Assembly (NCBI RefSeq): GCF_031769215.1
Contig: NW_026782274.1
Coordinates: forward strand, 496,001-560,000
From: Ylistrum balloti
Taxonomy: Eukaryota
Length of the DNA: 64,000 bases
Direction of reading: 5' to 3'
The first letter of the stretch is position 1. Every line of letters starts with the position of its first letter. The translations under genes were made by a program, and so were the position numbers. Below are positions 24,511-34,200 of the stretch, one piece after another. Under the pieces are notes generated by a model. That model saw only the letters and a program-made list of their open reading frames with translations. It searched no databases and had not been told where the DNA came from.

Positions 24511-25530
24511 ATGTCTAAAAGAAAGTAAGAAATGTTGTTGTATTCTTATGTAAGTTCAAGTAATTGGGATTGAATAACTGTAGCAGTTGAATTCGAACAT
24601 TCAGAGGTTCATATCAAAAGATTAAAACTGAACAAATAATTAGTCAATTAACATTCAATTAAAGGACTTACTCTAATAACATTGTTCCAGTTATCAAACA
24701 CAGCAGTATCGAGAGTGCTTGTAATAAAAAAATTTCATTAAATCAAACATGTTGAAACAAGTACATGGTGCCTTTATTCCTTGGCTACAAGAAAGTTGCC
24801 ATGTATCCACACACAATCTGCTGAATCTAAGACATCAGGTTGCGTAGCTCTGATAAAGCTTTTTCATTCTCCCAGTCCTCTTCGCCATGATTAAATTCGA
24901 AGCGTAGGGGTTCCAACTTATCTGCTGGAGCTTCCTTGGAATTCACGGAAAAGTATTGATTTTATTTTCGGTGATATATTGATGTCCCGGCTTCCCTTTA
25001 AATTTCCACACTTGTGAGTCTTGGTATCATTGAAAGTCCTGAAAGGTCGAAACATTTTAATGGTTCTATTATTTATAAGACAAATTATTGACTTTGTATT
25101 GAATTCAGATTAATATTTTAATGGGTGTATTTTATAAAACTCTTTTGTTCAAGCTAATAATTATTCATATCACTTCTTCCTAAGAGGTGAGTGTCGATTT
25201 GGACCACCTGGTAAGTTTACATTTGTGGATCAGGTTTGACCAAAAGGTGTTAATTGGGGAGGGGGAGATGGAGTAGGGTAACATTCATAATTTTTCATAT
25301 TTTAACGAAATACGTAATATTTTTGTAATCTTCATCTTGCATCAGGCAATACGAAAGCTGTAGATCATAAAATCGATTGAAAAAAACTCATAGTAGGTCA
25401 CGGTGACCCAGTTTTATAACTGCTAGATTATGTAAAAGATATACTTTCTCTTGTGCGTAAATACACATTTATCATGATATGTTCTAATAAGGTATAGTTT
25501 GCATTGTTTAAAGGATGGAGAATAAGTAAT

Positions 25531-25562
25531 GGGGGTGGAAGGGTGGGAATGGGTGGGAGGGG
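25531..25562 (+). other. G-quadruplex-capable G-run cluster
   Basis: GGGGGTGGAAGGGTGGGAATGGGTGGGAGGGG: at least four G3 runs with short loops. Confidence 0.5.
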
Positions 25563-28500
25563 CTACTTTCTTGGCATCCACCCATCATTTGATTATAAAA
25601 TATTATCAATGAATGTATGAGAATATATAACCCATTAATCTATTTTATATGTAAAAGAAAACCTTGAATGACACTTCAATGATAGTAAAAACTGAGATTG
25701 CCTATTTATGTGGCATTCTGTGATCAACAAGAGCTCTCAACTTTCATTTAAATACATATTTTCTGTGCATAACACACTTTCATTCAAAATTTTGTAACTA
25801 ACATAAATCACATTTATTCAATTAGAGAAACATTGAGTGATTCAAAATGGATTTTCGAATGAAAAATACATTTTCATTCTGATGTTTTTATGTGCAAAAT
25901 TCGTTTATATAATTTGGGATATACGCAAATATGATACAAACAAAATTCAAAGTAGACTTACAGTTGAAGCTTGAATAACGTGACATATCTGCTCATACTA
26001 AGGTCAATAGTTCAAATGATTAATGAGATCTTACAGGTATACCTAAAGGCCAGTTTCTGTTACGTGACCACCTAGTGACTGCGGTGCTTCCAAACTATAT
26101 TAACTTGACCTGCTGTCCTTTGTTTACCACGAACTTGGTGACCAGTGTCGCGGTTATAAACAAAACGACATGTAAATAAATACTGAGGATAACTCAAAAT
26201 AAAGAAAATAAGAATTAATGTTTAGATATTTGCCCAGGGAACAAAATGCAAAGAGTATCAGACAATGTGTTCTAGAAGGGTAAGAACCTTTACATTCGTC
26301 ACGTGTATCGTAATTTATTTCATGATCTCAAAATGAGGAATCGGGTATTGATGATTAAAAAACACACAGAAACAAGCGTTGGGAATTATCACACTTATCA
26401 TACCAATTAGTTGTGATATATTTGTGTTTTAAGATCATTTAGATGTCAGTTATAAATTGAGCCAGGTCATATGCTATCCAAACGAAAGCTGTTTTGATAA
26501 AGGATTGTTTATGTAAGGATCCAAGTCAGTACATAATTATTGTGATCATGAATAGATGACTTGAAATGTATAATTGTATATACAAAAGTACTTAATGTTT
26601 TCTTCTGTAGAAGGCTGGAAAAAGGAAGCTTGTTCGTGATGAAGCCAGTGGTGTCATGCATGTCAACTTCAATGTGATGAAAAAAATCAAAACAAAATGC
26701 CCCTCTCTCTCCTCTTCTTTCACACACAGTATATTATAAGCTGGTACTTTATGTTCAATATTAAGTAAGGAAACTAGATTGTACAATATCTAGATCTCCA
26801 TTATCACGATCTTACCTAACCTTACACGCAGTATATTGTGATTAGGGAGCACTTCTCCTGAGAGATAGTGAAGTTCTCCTCGACCTAAGTACTTCGCCTT
26901 ATGTTGGTACGTGTGAATCAGTGCTCCCTATACAAGTCTGTTTGTTCAGTGTAGCCCTCAGTACATCACGTTCTCAAAGCTATAAATGGATTCTTACCTG
27001 CATATATAGTACTTACCTTGTCTGATAAGTACTGTCTAATTGGCCTCCATTATCTTAGCAGATATATTAAGCTCATTTTATTTTCACTTGTTAAGTAATA
27101 AAACAAAAAAAAAATAATCTTAATCCTGTTACAAATTACTGAAAAAAAATTAACACTACACGAAAAAAAAACAATTCTTATTAATAATGAATCGATTGTA
27201 ATAGATCAAGAAGTGAGATTAAAAAGTAAATTGTTTCGCTGACATATTGAAATTGATATTATCTTTGATGCAAGAGAAGAACAAAACTCCGCCTTGTGTC
27301 TAATTAAAAACAGGAATATAACACTATAATAAAAGTAATATAATACTGTTAGTTGTTTATCTACCCACAAACAAAATTGAACAATGACAAACAGCATACT
27401 CACGATTCAATGGTAGTATATGATTGTGTCAAAAAGAGAAAATTTCAGTGATAACGACGTAAAAGATTTATGTACACCAGTAAAGAAAATACCAACATAC
27501 CAATAGAGTCTTAACATAATTTTAACATCAATGAACTGGGGGTAAAATATCAAGGAAAGAAAGTCTGACACCGGCTTTGACAGAGAAAGTTTCCGTACTT
27601 TATTGACGACACTTGCCATGTAAATTATGGTCAATCCAATGTAATGTTCTCAAATAAGAGTTAGTTAAACAACATCGGACCATCAGGCATGCTAACGAGA
27701 ATCGAACATGAAGATTGAACAAAAAATGCACAAGTAAATAGCACATTTTAATACAAATTTTAAGATGATATCCTAGAGCCAAACGATGAAATAAACTGCA
27801 TCATACAGCTGTTTCGCTCTCCTAGGATTCATCAATGATGCTAAGGACCTAGATTTTAAACCTATGAGGCAACAGAGGAAAATCCAAAATGATTGAAAGA
27901 AATGTCAAAATCTAGATAATGAGGTGCACTAGCCTCATAGTTTGGTAAATTTAATAAATTTCAAATCTCTGATAATTAAAAAAAGTGTTAAGTACATGTA
28001 TTTATCATATTCATCAATTTAAAAAAAATGAACATGGTAGCTCCACAATTTAACGCTTAACTGTCATCACAATATACAAAGAAAAACCTTATCTTTATAT
28101 ACGTATACAGGTGCACTATTGTCTTCTGGTCAAATAAACATTGGATAAATCCAATGTAATCATATTAAAACAAAACATGCATCAGTATTTTTCCGTCTGT
28201 AATACAGTGTCCCAGTGAGCAAATTCTGCAGTAAGTCTGTTGTCATTTTATTCAAATAAATGGTACATACCTTTTTTTGTTTTTATCATAGTTCAAAGAT
28301 CACATCTATAAAGTATTGTTAACGTTGACATTGTTTGTTTTATGAACAAAACACATAAAATACATAAATGATACATACATATGAAAACAATAATATGATT
28401 TTTTATTATGTTGTGTATAAACAATTCTAGTAGCCCGAAGGAGTTCAACATTGGGTGTATATGCTTATGCTTGAGTGAAGAGAAAGTAAAAGGCTTAAAG

Positions 28501-31258
28501 TAAAAGAAATTGCGGTAGTGTACATGCAAAATTTCATCATATGTGGACAAATGTAAACCATGAAAAGAATACAGCGAAGTATTGTTGTGCACTTTATGGT
28601 TATTAAGTAATTACTTACTTGGTTGTATTGGATGTTATTCAAGAGGAAACATCTTGTTAATCAAATCCTGTTTTCTTACTTATGGCGCTTAATAACACGA
28701 GAACGAAAATATCTGCCTTAGATTTGAATGGAAATTGACATTTTCTATTTATATTGCAAGAAACATTAAGTAATGCTCCTATGAGCTATGAGTTTGGATA
28801 CTTTGAGAAACAATAATGTTCCGTCTTGAAAAAAAACTATTAAAGTTTGTATTTATTTATTTATCTATTTATTTATATACTTATTTATTGATTTTTTTAT
28901 TGATTTATTCTTTATGCTTCGCCCACTTGTCATCGATTTGAATTTGAATACGAATTTGTCAACTGTATCTCCTTGTTGTTTCACTAATAGCGTCACTATC
29001 TCAGCGCATTACAGTTCTCTCTAAACCTAGAATTTCGATTATGGTCAAGTCGTGGTCATCTTCATGTCCAGTAGTTTGTACTAACTGGCCTATTCGGTTC
29101 TGAAAGGTCAAAGGGGATTATGAAGCCTCCGAATATAAGGCAAATCTTTCAGAAGTAGATAAAGGTAGACATCGAACAACATGCAGTAATTAGACTAGTG
29201 TCACCCACAAACCTAAAATTTTGGAGAAAAAAAATGCAATTTTGTTTACACACAAATAACGGTAAGTAAGCATGTACTTGTGTTTTATTATTAAGTGCTG
29301 CCATTAAGGAGTGGGTTAGGATTTTTCACGTTTTTTTAACAATAATAATTCATCAAATTGATTTTGCATAACAACAATCACAAGCATATGCTCTTTTTAT
29401 TGATGATCTTAAACAAAATATTTACCAGTTATCTATATCTTTTAAATTCTAGATCGGAATTTTAAAAATTTAACTCAATATTTTCCTTAAAGATTAAGCC
29501 AGTGACAAAAGTATGTATGGTGTTTTTTGTGCGTTCGTCAGAAATGAAAATGTATGAAATCGGGAAAAGTTTTCATCATCAAAATTGATGTAGAATATAT
29601 ACCTTCGCGAACAACTTTCCACCTGTTTTAATCATTATTTTGTATTCATTTTTTGTGTCTTTTGTACAATTTTTAAAATTGCAACTGGTAGATTTTCAAT
29701 CTTCGAGATTTCCGTGACCTGCACACCACGTTAAAAAAAACTTATAATAGACAATTGGCCTAGTGTATTTCTTTCTTTCTGGAGGTCGTATTATTGCACA
29801 CGTCCGATTATTGCACTGTTTACAGCTTCGCAGGCATGCAAAAAACATCTCTTTTAGAAAATCAATGTCTTCGCGCATTGCATATCATTGACAACTGTGT
29901 CTTAGTTCATCTATGGCTCAGAGGCCTCATCAGTAGTAAGTAGCTAGGTGTTGTATAGTTGTTCGTTTTATTTCTCCATGCTGCAAACTGATCATATACA
30001 CCGCAATCAAGAGAATGTCAATGTAAAGAATCTGCCAGCATTTGTTCATAAAAACATCTAATAACACACCCTCAAGGATATCATAGGTTGTGCTCCATCG
30101 CAGATGCGTTTCAATACATGTATACTCATACGTTAGCAACTTGTTCTTGGAAACAGCAAATAATACCATGACTAAAGGGCGGGTCAGTAGTGTGAACAAA
30201 TGTGGGATAGGTGAACAAATGAGGAAATTATAAAGGAAAACAAAAGTAAATATTCAAGTTATCGGTTTGTGTAACTACATGAATGTCCTGTTCTTTCTCC
30301 TTCATACATCAAACAATTTTGATTTATAGCATTATGACATTTTCGCATATTGTTAAATCCTTAGCGTTTTAGTTTTATTACGTTTTATGTCCAATTGAGA
30401 ATGCTGATGTAAATTTACGCCTGAGATTAAATGACACAACATGACGTCAATGGATTTACAAACTAGTTGCTGTGAAATTAGATATTCATACAATTTTCAT
30501 GGTATTTCAAGAAAAGAAATACTGTTACGTGGATACTTTCAATAGTTCATCGACTACCTATTACATACACGGTCACCCGAGTTACAATGTTTCTTGTAAT
30601 ATATCATAGAAAGAAATATTTTTTTCAGAGTAAAGATTATTTTAACTACATTGTAAACATAATACAAAACTTTTGAAATCCCAACTTAGTATGGCTTTAC
30701 AACATGACTACTAAAAATTTAACTGTCTGTAAAGGTAATTTTTGGTGTTTAGACACAGATTCGAGACTGCCCAAATCGTAATCTCCATCACAAAGCAAAA
30801 ATATAAAGACCACACCAAGACTTCTAATTTAAACTTTTATAATGGGGTAATCTAATGCACAAAAACTGTGTACTGCTACCAGAAAAAAGGACTTAACAGC
30901 TGTTATAATTCACTACAGTGTCTGATTTTCAATTTGTATTAAATTGTGCTAAATGTGTGCCTTTTACACAACGATGTCTTTTGTAAATTTCAGGTAAATG
31001 TATATATTCTGAATCCAATAACCTTTGAAATATATTTAATGCGTAAAATATTGTCGCCATGTTAAGAATTTTTCAGGTTTAAGTCTACAGAACATATATA
31101 TGATTTTGTCTGTGGAGACTATCAAGCTTAAATACCACATCTGATATTTTTCTTAGGTGTTCATTTCATTTCCAAAAAGGAATCGAAAACATCAACAATA
31201 TAGTGATAGATACTGTCAACACTGTTGAACTTTCATTTATTACAGGTTTACAGCCAGA

Positions 31259-34200
31259 ATGCCTGTGATTGATATCCCTGACATTACGTCATGCACGAGC
31301 TATATCGCCGCGCTAGATTCCGATCGGTCAATTCCTAGCGCTGTCATTGGAGAAGGTAATCTGCTTCTGTCTTGCCTAGAATATTTGACAGATGCCAGCT
31401 TCACTATTTCAGCCGTCTTCACAGATACACCTGTAGTCAAAACCTTCTGCGAAGAGAAGAAAATACTTCAGTGGAAAAGAGGAACAGATATCGAACATGC
31501 CCTGAGAGATATTCCAATTGACTATCTTTTTAGTATATCTAATCCTAGAGTTTTGACAGATTCTGTATTACAAATACCCAGAAAACTGTCAATCAACTAC
31601 CATGATTCACCACTTCCCAGATATGCTGGAATCCACGCAACCAGCTGGGCCATCATCAATGGCGAATCGAACCATGGTATTTCCTGGCACGTAATCGAGA
31701 CGGGTATCGACACTGGAGATATTCTCCAGACAAGAGCAGTTAAAATTGATCCTGACGATTCTGCATTCACATTAAATATGAAATGCCAAGAAGCAGCCAA
31801 ATCAGCATTCCAAATTCTGATCAAGGATGTTAAACAGGACTGCATTAACCGAACGACACAACCGGTTTCTGGAAGGTCGTATTACGGGTTGCATGCCATA
31901 CCGCCAAACATTGGAGTCCTTAATTTCCAGACGTCCTGTACAAATATCTGCAATCTTGGAAGGGGACTGGAGTTCGGAACTCATGACAATGCACTTGGAA
32001 GCCCCAAAGTTATGACATCAACAGGCGATTTTGTGCTCGTCACAAATGTCGAAGAATCTAATTGCAGTTTTGACGAACATGTTAAACATGGAACTATCAC
32101 AGAAATAGTTGACGATACTTTGGTTGTCAAAACGCAGGGAAACTCGGTTTTGCTGTCAATTACAAAATTGGATGGATCCCATCTGTCGCCATCAGAATAC
32201 AGCGATCTTGGGATATCGGTTGGTGAAAAGCTTTCAAGTAATTTTGCGGTAGACACGGAAAATCTGACACAAATAAGAAAGAAGGAGACATTTTGGAGAA
32301 GAAAGTTAAAGATTTATGATCCAACGACATTTTTCCGACAAAGAATGAATGTGGTTGCAGGTATCATAGATGTTTCTACAGCAATCAACGTCAAGTCGAT
32401 CGTTATTCCGCTACCCGTCCCAAACATGAATGGACACAGCTTCCATACACATACTTGTGAACTTCTTATGTCAGCATTTGTTGCATTCATCGGACGAATG
32501 ACTTGTAACTCGAATGTCTCTCTCGGTATCCTGGCAAACAAGTCGACTGTACCCGAAATGGCAAGAGGACTTTACTCTGACATCTGTCCAGGAGTATTCA
32601 CCGTCGATCTACAGCAGAAAACACATGTTGTCTTGCATGACCTTTACGAAATGATAAAAACTTACAGAGAGGCACAATCGTTCTTAGTAGATGCGTTTTA
32701 CAGGTACCCTGAACTCCGTGGACAAAAGAGAACACCTCACCATAACATAGCGATAGGCCAAATTCCTAGTCATGCGTCAGCTACCGGTGTTGCACAGCAC
32801 GTTCTTCATGACTGCAACATATTGCTACTGTTTAATGACGACGGAGATGAGATGCATTTGATGTACAAGGAAAAGATCGGTCAAGATTTCCAATATATCA
32901 GTGATGTTCTTCAGCACTTCCCAACATTTCTCACTACTAGTGACCTGAATCAGCCTTTGCACGAGACTCATCTAGTCTCAGACGAGGAACTTAAACAACT
33001 TTATCTACAGCCTCTTCCTTTCAAGCCGTCAACCAAAAGCGTTTATGACGTTTTCGAAGAACAGTGTAGGTCTAGTCCAAATAACATAGCTCTGCGGTCA
33101 TCAGCTACATCATACACCTACAACCAGTGTAACGAGTTAGCAATGAAGGTTTCATGCCTTCTTGATGCCACATATGAAGATGAAAGAATCATTGGACTTC
33201 ATTTTCCAAATTCAATGGAATATGTAGTCTCCGTCATCGGCGTTTTGAAAACCAATCGTGCATTTCTGCCACTTCCCATAGATTACCCTGAAGAAAGGAT
33301 GACTTTCACTCTGCGAGATGCAAAAGTCCATAGTATGTTGACTACCGCCTCAGTTTATGAAAACCTGAAATCTAAGGGATTTTCATTGACACAGGTAGGA
33401 GCAGATGCTGTGCAGATAGATCGTAATGAAGTAATACTTGTTCGATTTGCGAAAAATGAGAACAAGGTGAAAGGAAATGAAAATGACTTTGTCCATATCA
33501 TTGATGGAAAGGCAAAAAAAGGCGGCGTCCAGACTGGCAGAATTCTGAATGGACATGAGGAATGTGGAAGGACAAAAAATGGAGAATGCGATGCTGATGA
33601 CTTTAAGATTCTCCAGAACAATGGCTTTACTTCAAAAATGACGAGTCAGATATTAGATGAGGAACTTTGTTACGTGATGTATACGTCAGGTTCCACTGGT
33701 AGACCTAAGGGAGTTCAAGTAAGCCACTCCGGTGTCGTCAATCTCGCTAAAGCGCAGATAGAGCTCTGGAGTCTTCACGATGGTGATGTGATTGCCCAAT
33801 TCGCCTCCATTGGATTCGACGCGACGGTATCTGAAATATTCACAGCCCTATTTTCTGGTGCAACTCTCGTTACTCTTTCCGACGAAGAACGTTTAGGCCA
33901 GGAATTCATCCGTACGTTAAACATGCTGGATGTGAATACAATCACACTGCCCCCATCCGCCCTCAACATATACAGTCCAAACGACCTACCCAAACTAGAA
34001 AAGGTTGTTACCGCTGGAGAAGCCTGTTCGCTAGGAACTGCCCTCAAATGGACGGTCGACAACAAGACAATAAGATTCTTCAACGCATACGGCCCGACTG
34101 AAACAACTGTTTGTGCAACATGTTATGAATTCAAATCGTCCGATGTCCACGTCGACAACACTCAAGACTTACCAATTGGCATGGCCATACCTGGCATGAG

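Noticed and set aside
31259-32230. Calling the NRPS an ALDH1L1/ALDH1L2 (10-formyl-THF dehydrogenase) or AASDH/Ebony homologue
   Set aside because: There is no aldehyde dehydrogenase domain. It has a full amino-acid A domain and an SDR-type terminal reductase, and AASDH and Ebony lack a formyltransferase.
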